From Octopus bimaculoides (taxonomy: Eukaryota): a stretch of 64,000 nt of DNA. The position numbers and the translations under genes were made by a program. Of the stretch, positions 1 through 13,774 are shown in pieces. Numbering within the stretch: the stretch's first letter is position 1; each line of letters opens with the position of its first letter. The notes under the pieces were generated by a model. The model saw only the letters and a program-made list of their open reading frames with translations. It had not been told where the DNA came from and did no database searches. The stretch is taken from contig NC_068989.1 in assembly GCF_001194135.2 (NCBI RefSeq), forward strand, positions 65,620,214 to 65,684,213. The letters run 5' to 3'.

Positions 1-59
<59 letters not shown>

Positions 60-318
60 TGAGAGAGAGACAGAGCGGGAGAGAGAGTGTGACCGTTTAA
101 GCGTGTACACAACTTGGTAGCTGTCGGGGATTACACTTCACAGCCGGTTTAATACGGTCGTGTTATGCGATGGCGCGCATGCGCACGACGAGTATGGTAT
201 GTGTGTATGTTTGTGTAGATGTTAGAAATAGCGATAAGACCGAATTAAAGCAAGCGGAGACACAAGCAACAGAGTAATCTGTGTGTGTGCTTATGTGTGT
301 TTTTGTACACATATACAT

Positions 319-387
<69 letters not shown>

Positions 388-514
388 TATACATCTTTTG
401 CGTGTGTATATATATATATAGATATATGTATATATATATAGGTATGTATATATATAGATATATGCATGTATATATGTATGTATGTGAGTGTGTGTATAAT
501 GTACATACATATGC

Positions 515-560
<46 letters not shown>

Positions 561-1104
561 ATATATGTATATATACGTATATATACATACATAAACACTC
601 GCACAAATACGCACAGGTATATATATATATATACGCGCGCGCGGTCAAACAGAAAGACTGTCAGATATAAAGTTAGGTGCCTCCGTTTGACAGCAGCAAC
701 TGTTAATTGCTACAGAATCTGTGAGGTGGTGTTTTAGAGGCAATGTGAAAGTGCAGTGACTGCCTATGTTGACAGCTTCAGCTGTTAATCCTATCTAACA
801 CTAACACATTGTGGTCGACAATAACCAGAAAAGTGCACATTTATCACGCCACTTGTTCGTCAAATCCATTCTGAAGAGACACGTTGCTTTAGCTTTCTGC
901 ATCCTATCCACTATCGATTTCTCTCTTGCATCTCACAAATCATACCATCCATTTCTGTCTGTCCGTCTGTCTGTCTGTCTCTGTATTTATCTCCCTGTGC
1001 GTCTTTCTCTCTCTGGCTCTCCCTCTCTCTTTCCTCTCACTCCTCTCTTCTCGTCCTCTACACATCAACCCACACACACACACATATGCATGCGTACATA
1101 CACA

Positions 1105-1162
<58 letters not shown>

Positions 1163-1411
1163 CCTACCTACCTACCTACCTACCTGCCTACCTATCTATG
1201 TATCTATTTATGCCAATATATATATGTATGTATATATATCTATATATATATATATATNNNNNNNNNNNNNNNNNNNNNNNNNNNNNNNNNNNNNNNNNNN
1301 NNNNNNNNNNNNNNNNNNNNNNNNNNNNNNNNNNNNNNNNNNNNNNNNNNNNNNNNNNNNNNNNNNNNNNNNNNNNNNNNNNNNNNNNNNNNNNNNNNNN
1401 NNNNNNNNNNN

Positions 1412-1458
<47 letters not shown>

Positions 1459-1689
1459 CATACACACAGACAAATACATATACATATATATGTATACATG
1501 TATATATACATATATACAAATATATATATGTATAAATTTGTATAGTCATATATGTATACATATGTACAAACACACCTATATACTCGTACATAGACGCACA
1601 TACACGCGCACATATGACTGTACGCCGTATCTCATCGTCTCTCCGAGATATATTGCTCGGTTTTCCGAAAAGTTCCAAGAGATGCTAGA

Positions 1690-2310
1690 TAAAAATAAAA
1701 GCCAGCGAAATAGGAGGAAACATCCCTATCTTAGACGTAAAATGCCTCTTTACCTTAGTTCCAAATGCAGAAGCAATGGAACCCGCATTAAATAAATCCA
1801 TTCATGATAACAGCTAACATACTAAAAAAATTACGGTATAATGCACAAGAGAGCTACCATTAATCTGTCTATACGCAAAGCAAGAAAAAAAATAAATTTC
1901 CTATGTGATTTTCCATTAGGTCACACGTTTGCAACGTTCTTCGTGATCATATTAAAGTAAAAATTGATACCCACACATAAACATAAGTTATATACCAGCT
2001 ATATTGAAGATTCGGTCACAAAAATTGTGAGAGAAATTAAAGAAAAACCTTAGAAACAACTCTCGGGGAATTTTAAAATGCCGAACAGTACGTATATATA
2101 GCTGTAAGAAATACAACTACCCTAATGCAAGACATAAACATGCAGAGAGAAACAACAGATGTGCTACATCCGGTTGTACTAAAAACTCGTATAACTGCAA
2201 AAAGTTACACGGTGGGAGCCATTATCCACTCAGATATAAAATGCCATTTGCAAAAGCGTTACTTAGCAGAGCATTTAGACGAGTTTTCTGAACGAAGCTA
2301 TACTTAAAGC
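1690..2310 (+). mobile_element. Degenerate Penelope-like element, reverse transcriptase fragment
   Basis: Manual translation gives [20 protein letters not shown] (from 1722; cf. PLE motif SLDVxSLFTNVP). It then gives FPLGHTFATFFVIILK*KLIPTHKHKLYTSYIEDSV (1910-2017; cf. SPLGPTFANFFM...LYxRYIDD, YIED at 2000-2011) and GSHYPLRYKMPFAKALLSRAFR (about 2214-2280; cf. SHxPxxYK...LLxRAxR). Stops and frameshifts are present. Confidence 0.8.
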
Positions 2311-3090
2311 TACCAGTAAAATAAACAAGCAGTAAGACACAGCGACTATTCAAAATTATTGGACCAAATCTTAAAACAATGCAAGAGTATACACGGATTA
2401 TACATGAAATGTATACTAAATCTCGAATAAACGAGAAACGTATATATGATATGTAATTATTAAATTCTATTGTAAGCCTAAAAGTTGTAAAATTCACGAC
2501 TCCAACTTCCTAGCAAAACATATGCATATTACATTCATATACACATATAGAAACTATTTCAGCAGATTCCACTACAAAGCACAATACAGTACATTGGAAA
2601 GTATTAGTAAATAACATATAATATAACAGATTTTACCTCAAAATAAAAAGTCTGTTACAGAAGTAATTTAAGCGTAATAGTAATGTATGTCTGTCTGTCT
2701 GTCTGTCTATCTGTCTATCTATCTATCTATCTATCTCTCTCTCTCNNNNNNNNNNGAGTGTGTATGTGTGTGTATATGTATATGCATCTATGCATGTATG
2801 TATGTATTTATGCTTGTCTCTGCTAGTGCTCTTGCGCTAGCGGTTAAAATGGATAATAGAAAAAAAAACCCTAGTTAAACATCCATTAATGCGATATGGC
2901 CTGAAGAAATGAATTCACGAAGATGATCTCCCCGATACCCACGTATATCACGGACTACACTGTAATCATCGCAGGAATACTAACTGTGATATTAAAAGAC
3001 ATGTAACTTGTGGAAACGCGCGTAGCGACGAAGTAAAATATTTATAAATTCCAGCCGAGGATTATTGTTATTATTTCTATGTGTATATAA

Positions 3091-3310
3091 GGCGGCGAGC
3101 GGGCAGAATTGTTAGCACTCAGGGCGAAATGCTTAGTGGTATTTCGTCTATCGCTACGTTCTAAGTTCAAATTCCACCGAGGTTGACTTTGCCTTTTATC
3201 CTTTCAGGTCGATAAATTAAGTACCATTTGAACACTGGGGTCAATGTAATCGACTCATCCCGCCCCCTAATATTTGCTCCATTTGTTGGAAAATTTGAAG
3301 CCATTGTTAC
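3091..3310 (+). mobile_element. tRNA-derived SINE, family 'A' (ggcggcgagc...gcagaa head)
   Basis: Pol III A-box-like GGCAGAATTG and B-box-like AGTTCAAATTCC. The body gactttgcctttt...gataaattaagtacc...actggggtcaatgtaatcgact is shared with copies at 18060-18450 and 29740-29800. Confidence 0.85.
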
Positions 3311-4896
3311 TATATATATAGATATAGATAGATAGATAGATAGATATACGTATATGTATATATCAGGGTGATGGACTGGCAAAGTTGTTAAAAAGTTGGA
3401 AAAAATGTGGAGCCATTCTCAATTAAGCGTTTCGTCACTTATAAGTCAAGAAAATTAGGTACCAATGAAGTACTGCGGTCCAGGTACTCAACTGAACTCT
3501 TCCAGTCGTGCACGCATATATTCAAGTAAAAATATGAGTTTTATGCATGACTTAGACACAAAGGTTGAAGAAACCATGAAAATACAATCTGTAGCTTATG
3601 ACACTCAATACGCAGACGCATAACTCTAAAGTCTGTATTGCGTGCACGTTTCATTCACATAATCAAACTCTACCACTTCCTGTCCATCTGCTCTATTTGT
3701 CCCCTCCTCAGGCTTCTCCTCATCATTTTTAATGTTTTTCTCCTATTCTTCAAACAGTTATTATTTTTTTTTTGTACTCCCTTTTGGTCCTACCAAACAA
3801 AGCTTATATTTTCCCTTCATTATTAGTTCTCATCCTCTCTTTCCTTCCCATTACACATTTTGCATACGCATGCACACACAAACCAGAATCTCTTCCATTC
3901 ACTTTGCGCATTTCCAATTTCTTCCCCAACGCTATTTTTTTTTTATGAATCTCACTACAATTTTATATTTTTACCTTTTATTTTGTTTATTCATAAGGTT
4001 TTCCTTTGACTTTTGATTCTATTTTAATTGCTTATTTACTTTATTATTTTTTGTTGGTGAGGGAAGAGGCCTCAACTTCTTCCCCTCCATCACTATGCTG
4101 TTTCCAACAGTCCTATTGTACACTGGCTTCAGCAAAGCAGTTTTCCCACTTGCTATGATTTGTGGTCGAAATTCTATCTCATGGCAATTATTGCAACATT
4201 CAACCTGTTGTTACAGTTATGTACACACATTAACGCATATATACATCAGCCAACGCACTCACACATATTCACTCACAAGCATGCACACCCTCTAGTTCTC
4301 AGGTACACATACATACGCACAAACACACACACACGCGCACACACATACACATACACACACACAGGCGCACACACACATACACTCTCACAGGCGAATATTC
4401 CCATAAATACGATCACCACAGATATATTTACATACACTAACATACGATTATATTCAAACAAGCTAGCACACATTTCCACGAAAATACTGACGCACACACA
4501 TATACATGCGCTCGCTAACAAACATACACGTTCTCCTAAAAAATAAAACATCACACAAACATTGAATTGCACAAACATACGGCCACAGAACACAAACACC
4601 TATAAAAACACAATCATAAACATTCAAACACGCATACACACACACATGGTGAGATTATACGAGGTGGCCGAATGTTGAATTTCAAGTTGTTTTTATCTTC
4701 CATTATATGCAGCTGCCGTTCTAACTTTTTCACTACAACAACGTTCATTTTCCGTTTTTCAGCCTTTTCGGATAACTGGCTTCCTTGTTCTACCTTATTC
4801 AACCATTAACTGATTCCTTTTAACCCCTTATTTCACCTCATCACACTTCAATCCTTTACCACATCCTTTGCTGATGAACAAAAATTTACTACATTC

Positions 4897-4958
<62 letters not shown>

Positions 4959-5640
4959 NNNNNNNNNNNNNNNNNNNNNNNNNNNNNNNNNNNNNNNNNN
5001 NNNNNNNNNNNNNNNNNNNNNNNNNNNNNNNNNNNNNNNNNNNNNNNNNNNNNNNNNNNNNNNNNNNNNNNNNNNNNNNNNNNNNNNNNNNNNNNNNACC
5101 AATACCTATCTATATAAATATCTACGCGCGCGCGCGCATATGTATATGTATTTTTATATAAACATATATATATATGTATGTATATGATGTAGGTATATAT
5201 TATACACTGATAAATAATAATGTGGAAGTACTTTTGAATTTTCTCCAAATTTAGTTTTTCAAACTGTAATTTTGATAATTAATTTCATAACAGAACTGTT
5301 TTATATATTACAAACAGCTTTTAGTACCAATCGGTATTTTTAGAAATACGTTTGAAAAAGTGATGAATGTTGCGCAATATATGATTTGCACATTTTACAT
5401 TATAGTCTTTATAATACGTGTGAACTATTACCATTCCTTAAAAATCAAGAAGTATTTTCCCACGTAATGGATTCCACATTGTTTTTTGTTTTTCAGTTAT
5501 TGGGATTTCATTCTCTCTTTCTTTCTCTTTTTTCTTACCTTCTGTTTCTCCCAATATATATAAAGATCTGACTTCATGTGTGTGTGTGCGTGCGTGTGAG
5601 TGTATTGATGGATATAGATAGATAGACAGATAAATAGAGT

Positions 5641-5690
<50 letters not shown>

Positions 5691-6827
5691 TAGAGAAAGT
5701 GAGAGAAAAAGCGAGAGAGACTGATATTTTCTTTGTTCTTTCTCATTGACTATTTCCCTCATTCCGTTTTGCTTTTCTCTATGTACCGACGCGGGGCTAA
5801 TGTCCGAAATATCAAAACGCTGAGATAGCAATCCATTTATATACTATATATAAATATATAACTATATATATGTACCCCAACCACCACTACTGTTTATATG
5901 TATATCCAGCAGCTTTTTTTTCCATAATCGCATTTGGTATTGTATATGAAATTGTATTCCTCTTTGCGTATCATTTCGCTGAACGTTCCAAAATCCGAGT
6001 TTACGAAAAAAGGTTTTATGTAATCTTGCCGCTTGCTCTTAGCCTTGAATTAACTAACCATATGCACACATTTCCATTTTTTAAGTAAATCGTTTGAAAT
6101 CTATAATTTAACAAATTTTATTTGCAAGCAAGAGAATGAGCATAAATGTTCTTTTAGTGTTCTCATATATGTTAAATGTGTCATTAAAATCGACATTCTA
6201 TTTTTGTTCAGAGGTTTCTTTGCAAGATGTTCAGATAAAGATTAAAAGAATTACAATTTTTCTGAAAATATTTATTCCATAAGAAATCTCATCTTTTTTT
6301 TGTAGTTTCTGCATCATATTATTTATTTCGAATACATCGATTAATGTTGAAATAATGTTTCATTGAACATTTTAGAGTAAATTTTATAATAATTAAATAA
6401 TTATTATAATATGATTCGTAAGGTTTTAGATTTCTAACCACATTTTTGTTTGCCATTATAAGTAAAGATTAAACCTCTTCAAAGCAAAAGGAATAATTTT
6501 AGACAATCATTTAAAACATAACACTGGAAAACGATTTTTCTTTACAATTTTCATTATAATACCCCTTACAAGTTCTTTCGCAGATACACATAAATTTTTA
6601 CGCCTAATTTAAATAATAAATACGATTTTATCTCATTATTTCTCCTCCCTTTTATAATATATTCAATGCAATCTCGCTTCGATCAGTTCATTTGGGCGTT
6701 ATCTTTTATCGATTTGTCCCACATGCGATTTTCTGACATACATATACATTAATAATATCTGTTCCATTAACACAGATTGCATTACCAAGCGTGGAGAAGC
6801 TTCGAACTTCCTGGTCCCTCTTATATA

Positions 6828-6891
<64 letters not shown>

Positions 6892-6935
6892 TGTATGTAT
6901 GTATATACATACATATCTATATACATACACATATT

Positions 6936-8530
6936 ATGGTCGTCCATTCGTGACCGAGGAAGACCATTGCCGACCTTCAAGAACATTGTGCGCTCTAGGA
7001 CTAACTTACATTTTGCATTTGAGGCTCCGTTGGTGGCTAATGAGCCCTGCTCTTGACAAGCATACACGACTTGAAAACATTGCAGACCAAGCTTTCCCCA
7101 TTCCCTATATGAGCTCGCTTAAATTCTTCATGCTGGATACATGCTCTCTCAAAAGTGTCGATCCCCTCCTTAACCTGCTTCCTCCATATGTGGCGATGAC
7201 AGGCATTGTTCTCTCAGTCCGTGTCCTGCATATCACAGGCCTTTAATGGGGACTTGACACAGTCCTTAAATCGTAGCCTTGGTTTCTGCCGGAGTCTCCT
7301 TCCATTCACAAGTTTTCCATAGAGCATCTGCTTGGGAATCCTGCTATCCTTCATTTTAATAAGGTGTCCAGTAAAACGTAACCGGTGCTTGTGCACCATT
7401 GCCTCAATACGCAAGATATGAGTTGTCCTCAGGATCTGTGTGTCTGGAATTTTTGAGGTCCAGCCAACATTGAGAATGTGTCTGAGACATCTCTGATGAA
7501 AGCGTTCAAGGACCCTTACGTTTGTACAGAGTCCATGTCTCACATGAGTAGAGGAGCGATGTCAGTACACATGCACGGTACACAGCAACTTTTTTTGGCC
7601 TTGCGATGACATGCTTGGTCCAGACACGAGACTGAAGAGACCGGAATGAATTAGTTGCTCTCTACAACCTGAAAGATATTTCCTCATCCAGGAAGCAAGA
7701 ACGGGTGAATGTGCCGCCCAGGTAGACAAACTTGTCTACTACCTTCAATATTGTTCCTTCAACCAAGATAGCTGGTTCCATATATGGATTTCCTGGTGCA
7801 GGCTGGAACCTTACAACAGTCTTGTCCAGGCTAATGCTGAGTTCAAATGCCTTGCAAGAAGCAGAAATGCAATTCATGAGTATTTGCATGTCATCCACGG
7901 TATGATTGACTAAGTCAGTCATCTGCATAAATGAGGTCACGAATAATAGACTGGAGAACCTTTGAATTGGCAGAAAATCGGCGAAGATTAAAGAGGCGGC
8001 CAGAAGATCGATATCTGACATATATTCCCAGAGAGCTAACCTTAGCAAAAGCATGAGTAAAAGCAGCAGCAAACTACAAAGAAAGAGAGTTGGGCCAAGG
8101 ATGTCAACCTGTTTGACACCATTTTCTACAGGAATGGGTCCCGCCATGCCACCACCAACATTGACCCAAGCCTCCATCCCATCATGAAATGATTTAATTA
8201 TAGATACAAAGTGATCCGGACGTCCAAGTTTGCCAAGTATTTTCCTTAGAAAGGCACTATTTACAGTATCAAAGGCCTTTTTTAAATCAATGAATACCTG
8301 GACAAGATCCATATTCTGCTCATAGCACTTCTCCTGCATCTGTCTTGCTGAGAAGATCATATCCATTGTCCCTCTACCAGATCGGAAGCCACATTGAGAT
8401 TCAGATAGGACATCATTTACGAGACACCTATTCAGATGGGTAAGGAGAATATTTGCCAGAACCTTGCCAGCAGCTGATAGTAGAGCAATACCTCTGTAGT
8501 TACCACACATTGTTCTGTCTCCTTTTCCTT
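6936..8530 (-). mobile_element. 5'-truncated RTE-clade LINE (RT domain to C-terminal C2H2 finger), frameshifted
   Basis: ORF 7662-8555 has CGNYRGIALLS..GKVLA, ESQCGFRSGRGTMDMIF, FIDLKKAFDTV and GVKQ..LGPTLF. YADD is intact in an alternate frame at 7918-7929. ORF 7214-7543 has FHQRCLRHIL..W, RLRFTGH and RIPKQMLYG. A terminal finger, CNV(fs)SRVCLSRAGLISHQRS, lies near 7030-7095. A possible TSD tatatacataca occurs at 6918-6929 and 8531-8542, but it is ambiguous within the SSR. Confidence 0.95.
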
Positions 8531-8858
8531 TATATACATACATACTTGCATACATACATACTTACATACATACATACATACAGAAATACATGCATACATG
8601 CATACATACAAACTCACACACACCCGAGTGTGTGTAATATGTATATATTGATGAATATATATTTGTGTGTCTGTATGTATTTGTGCTCAAGTACCTGTGC
8701 GCATATATAAACGCCGTAAAAATGTGCATAAATGTATATGTATATAGATGTATATGGTTATGTATATAGAGACATACACACATATATATAATGATGCATA
8801 CATACGAACGTATACATTCACGTATCTCTCCTTCTATGTATAAATACATATGAATATT

Positions 8859-8944
<86 letters not shown>

Positions 8945-8953
8945 GAGATAGAG

Positions 8954-8996
<43 letters not shown>

Positions 8997-9008
8997 CACA
9001 AAGATACA

Positions 9009-9046
<38 letters not shown>

Positions 9047-9549
9047 CCCCCCCCCACACACACGCACACACACACATGCATATTTCTGTATTAAGAAATA
9101 TTCAGTTTAGATAGGTGAATTGTGGTAGGGTGAGTATTAGTTTTCATTGCAAAGTTAAAAAGAACTTCAATGAATGAACTTCCTGCTCTACTTGTAGTTA
9201 CAGTCAGAGCAAACGTGAAGCTATGGAAGTGTTACGTTATTGCATGAATATGAATGGTCAGCCATAAAATATTGACTATACGTGTTTTTCTCAAAAAAAG
9301 ATTTCATGTTTACCTAATAAAAACAACGCGAATGCTTCGATGTGTGTGTGTGAGTGTACGTATGTGTTTATATGCATTTGGTTACATGCTTGCGTATCCG
9401 TATATGCGTGTGTCTGTGAATAATTGTGTGGCTTCTTTTATCCCTATGCACGTAGCTGTGTACGTAAATATTAATTTTGTGTTTAAATGTTTGTGTTTCC
9501 TTTTATTTCTGATTTACTTAATGTTATGCAATTTAAAAAAAATATATAT

Positions 9550-9632
9550 ATAATATACATTGCAAAAAATATAATATACATTGCAAAAAATATAATATAC
9601 ATTGCAAAAAATATAATATATATTGCAAAAAT
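9550..9632. repeat. 21-bp minisatellite, 4 copies (ataatatacattgcaaaaaat)
   Basis: Seen directly: copies start at 9550, 9571, 9592 and 9613, the last slightly divergent. Confidence 0.95.
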
Positions 9633-10320
9633 ATTAGAAATAATAAAAATGAATATTTGTTTCAACGCATTGCCATTTATTCATTATTAACTGCAAATGT
9701 ATTGTTGTTACCTCTTTTATAATCGGTACACAAATTTAATAATTCACAAAGTACATATAACTTGAACACATTTGCAAATTTTAAAAAGTATGTGTAACCA
9801 ATTCATATCTGAAAATGTTCAATGTTTGCATAAACGGTACATATTTGCAAACTATGCATTTATAAACTTCCATAATGCCATTCCGCCATGAATTTTAAAA
9901 AGAACACAATCAACACAAAGAGCAAAAGCGATTCACATATTGACGACTAGCGCAGAAATAGCTGCATGGTGAAGATTCATGTTTTTTTTCAAGATATGAA
10001 ATTCTGCGTTGGAGCTTCCCTGCGCCTCAATTTACTCATGTTTCTTAGTAAAGTCATACGTTAAGCAACACATTATGAGTGAGGTTTAATATATGGAAAC
10101 TACTCGGAAGCCAAGCATAAATATATGGCTGCACCAACATCAAAGTACGACACCGCGTTACTTTCCTCCACCAATCGCAGCCCACCTTACGGTGATAACA
10201 ATCAGCTTCTGTCATTCAAATTCGAAATGGTTGGCGACTAGCATCACGCTTGTAACTCAAGAGTACAAACGAATTTGAATTAAACTGCTTTGGTACATAC
10301 ATGCATACATACATACATAC

Positions 10321-10395
<75 letters not shown>

Positions 10396-11104
10396 TGTGT
10401 GTGTGTGTATGTGTGTGTGTGTGTTATTTTTCAATTCTATGTCCATGCATATATATCTATAACAACACCCATATATACGAAATATGCTTTTTACAGTGGT
10501 GGTGCGACTTTCACCCGAAAAATCATAAACACGGTCCAAGATCTTTTATTGCGTCTGTGATGTGTTTTCTTGTTCTTCGTCTGATCGTCTGCGTGGCCAC
10601 ACTTTCTCTCAGACATGTAACGTGTGAAAATTAATGTCGTCTATTTTGATTTAAAATTTCCAATAAATTCTATGGTTAAAAAAATTAGAACCAACAGTTA
10701 AACAGATGTAGGTTTCGAAGGCGAAATCCTTGGAAATAGTTATCGTTCTGGAAATTGGGAAAGTACTTGTAAGTTAGAAGGGTGTTTTTCGGGAAAACAG
10801 AACACAGAATAGAGTCTTCCACTTCCACCTTTGAAGTCTGTAACGTACATTCAGCAACTAATGACAGGACCGGTAGTTTCCAATTTAAACGGTTCATGTC
10901 TCTTGCTTTCTCTCTCTCTCTTTCTCTTTCGTTCTCATACAGACATACATACCTTCATACAGATAGATAGATAGATAGATAGCATGTAGGCAGGTAGGCA
11001 GAGACGTAGACAGACGATTAAATAATCGTAAAAAGATGGTTCTGCAATTACTTGGTTAACAAATGATTTGTTTACAGTAAAAAAATGTTTGTGTTGCACG
11101 ATAG

Positions 11105-11300
11105 TTGACTCCCTCCATGAAATTGACCTTACCTGAACAGGTGCTCGGTGTACCAAGCGTCAGATATCAAAGTGATCGTAGAGCAATGATAGATGAAATG
11201 TCCTTCTGAAGAACACAACGCACCATCCTGTCCACGAATTGGAACCACGAACTCGCGATCGTGAGTGAAACATCCCAACCACTTGGTCATCAGCCCTCGC
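11105..11300 (-). mobile_element. tRNA-derived SINE with CORE-like middle (family 'D')
   Basis: On the minus strand: A-box TGACCAAGTGG and B-box GGTTCCAATTCG, then ggtgcgttgtgttcttcagaaggacatttcatctatcattgctc, which resembles a CORE-type domain (recalled). Confidence 0.65.
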
Positions 11301-11399
11301 AGACATTCTCATGTGCACATGTATAGATACGCACGCACACACACTCGCACACATTCGCACACACACACTCATACACATTCGCACACACACACTCACACA

Positions 11400-11472
<73 letters not shown>

Positions 11473-11911
11473 ATCTATGTATCTATGTATATACACCCCA
11501 AAGTACATGTAAATACACGATAATATACACACATACACACGTGCTTCAATTCCAACTGCTACTACCACAGATCGTGATAACTTGCTAACAGGTGCCATGA
11601 TTTCGCTAAATCGTTTAGTAATTATTGGAATTTTCGACAAGATGTGCATAAATTACCTCATTAAATAGCATTTATATACGGTCTGATTCGCTCTATCTTT
11701 TTTTCATAGTTGGGGATTGACAAAGCTGTGGTGGTGGTTCATATGCAGAAGCAAACAAAGTATTGAACTGTCTGTTGGTTGAAAAGATTTGATAACGATG
11801 GTTTGATTATAGTATCAGAAAATACACGCAGCACTCAATACATATATAGTTATATAGTTAACAGTAGACATGCGCACACGCGCACACACACGCATATGTG
11901 TGTGTTTGTGT

Positions 11912-12208
11912 GGAGGCGCACTGGCGTAGTAGTTAGGGCAGCAGACTCGCGGTCGGAGGATCGCGGTTTCAATTCCCAGACCGGGCATTGTGAGTCTTTA
12001 TTGAGCGAAAACACTAAAGCACCACGAGGCTCAGGAAGGGGGGGGGCGACCCCTCTTGTACTCTTTCCCACCAACTTTCTCTCACTCTTTCTTCCTGTTT
12101 CTTGAGTAACGCTGCGATGGACTGGCGTCTTGTCCAGCTGGGGGGTACACATACGCCATAGAAACCGTGCCCATGAGCCTGGCTAGGTTTTGAAAGGGCG
12201 CATAAATT
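11912..12208 (+). mobile_element. tRNA-derived SINE (family 'C'), apparently full length
   Basis: A-box TGGCGTAGTAG and B-box GGTTTCAATTCC in a tRNA-like head. The 3' part gctgcgatggactggcgtcttgtccag...acatacgccatagaaaccg resembles the conserved V-SINE-type domain (recalled). Confidence 0.8.
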
Positions 12209-12452
12209 TGTTTCAGTCATTGTCGAAGAAGTCGACCCAAGCAACGTAAATATCTGCACAGTTCAAACATGGACCTCAATCGTCCTGGCTCAGGTTATTT
12301 AGAAATTTGTGACTGAACAAGATAGGTTTCTGTTAGAAGCTTTTGCAGCTTTACGGAAATCATATGCAATCCAATCAAGCATGTCACTCCTAATAAATCT
12401 GTTGAGGGTTTTTTTCTTTAGTTTCTACACAAAACACACACACACACACACG

Positions 12453-12487
<35 letters not shown>

Positions 12488-12826
12488 ATAATTATATATA
12501 TAAGTACATGCATAGATAGATACATAGATACATGGATACATAAATGTGTACACATGCAGACACACACACGCACACACACACGCACACACACGTACACACA
12601 CGCACGCACACATATGCTTGCATATATGTATGTATGTATGTATGTATGTATATATATATTATATATATATTTATATTTGTATATATTTATATGCATATGT
12701 ATATATTTACGTATTTCTATATGAACACATATAGATATATGTATACATTCCATACACATACGCATACACATATAGATAAATAGATGCATGAATGCATAAA
12801 CACACACAGAGAGACAGACGCATATG

Positions 12827-12888
<62 letters not shown>

Positions 12889-13550
12889 AACACTAGCACT
12901 GCAACCTGGGACATGCTAGAAAGAAGACGTAAAGGATAGGATTTCTGGGAAGACTTTCTTTTAAGTTTATATCGAAGATCAGGTTTTAAGATACGATCAT
13001 CGCAAAAACAAATTACAGAATAGAAAAAGGTAATTTCAGTTGGATTCAGCTGTAAACTAGCGCATGCACACAGCAAGAAATAACATAATTTGAACAAGAG
13101 TTTTACTTATAGTGAGTGTGTGTGTGTGTGTGTGTATTGTGTGTGTGTTTGTGTGTGTGTGTGTGGCATTCTTTCGTTTGAAGATGAGAAGTTTTCAACT
13201 CGATCATATGGTCAAACATATGGGATCATATGATTGTTCGTTAATTTGTTTTATTTCCTTATGCTTTGAAGAGAGCAGAAATTGAAAGGGAGGAAAAAGT
13301 GAAAAGCCGACATTTGCTTTGAAGGGAGAGCAGTAAGTGAAAGAGAGGAGAAAGATATATATATATATACGTGTATATCAAAAATGGACGTGTGTGTGTG
13401 TGTGTATGAGTGTGTGTGTGTGTATCAGTGTGTGTGCGTGTGAGAGAGAAATAGAGAGAGAGTGTGTGTATGTATGTGTGGATGACAGTTTATGTTGTGA
13501 TGTATGAATTATTTTGCATGTATTTGTTAGTGGCACTCACTCGCTCTCTT

Positions 13551-13588
<38 letters not shown>

Positions 13589-13667
13589 GCACACACACAT
13601 TATCTTTCATTTACACGTACATAAATACATCTTTTTTGTCCGCGTACGTATGCATGTGAAAGTGAGT

Positions 13668-13733
<66 letters not shown>

Positions 13734-13774
13734 TGAGCGGCGACTCTATTTTCTCATATCAAATAGAGAAAAGG

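Noticed and set aside
111-124. Exact 14-mer aacttggtagctgt shared with 45726-45739
   Set aside because: The flanks do not align, and several chance 14-mer matches are expected in 64 kb.
163-1795. Long ORFs rich in YI/HT/CV/LS repeats, here and throughout the track
   Set aside because: They are translations of dinucleotide and tetranucleotide microsatellites, many reading through N-gaps, with no coding signal.
10499-10525. ggtgcgactttcacccgaaaaat, resembling a pogo/Tigger-type sub-terminal motif
   Set aside because: No partner TIR or transposase was found.
10708-10770. 63-nt AG...GTAAGT-bounded open segment (DVGFEGEILGNSYRSGNWEST)
   Set aside because: The acceptor lacks a pyrimidine tract and there is no recognisable homology.
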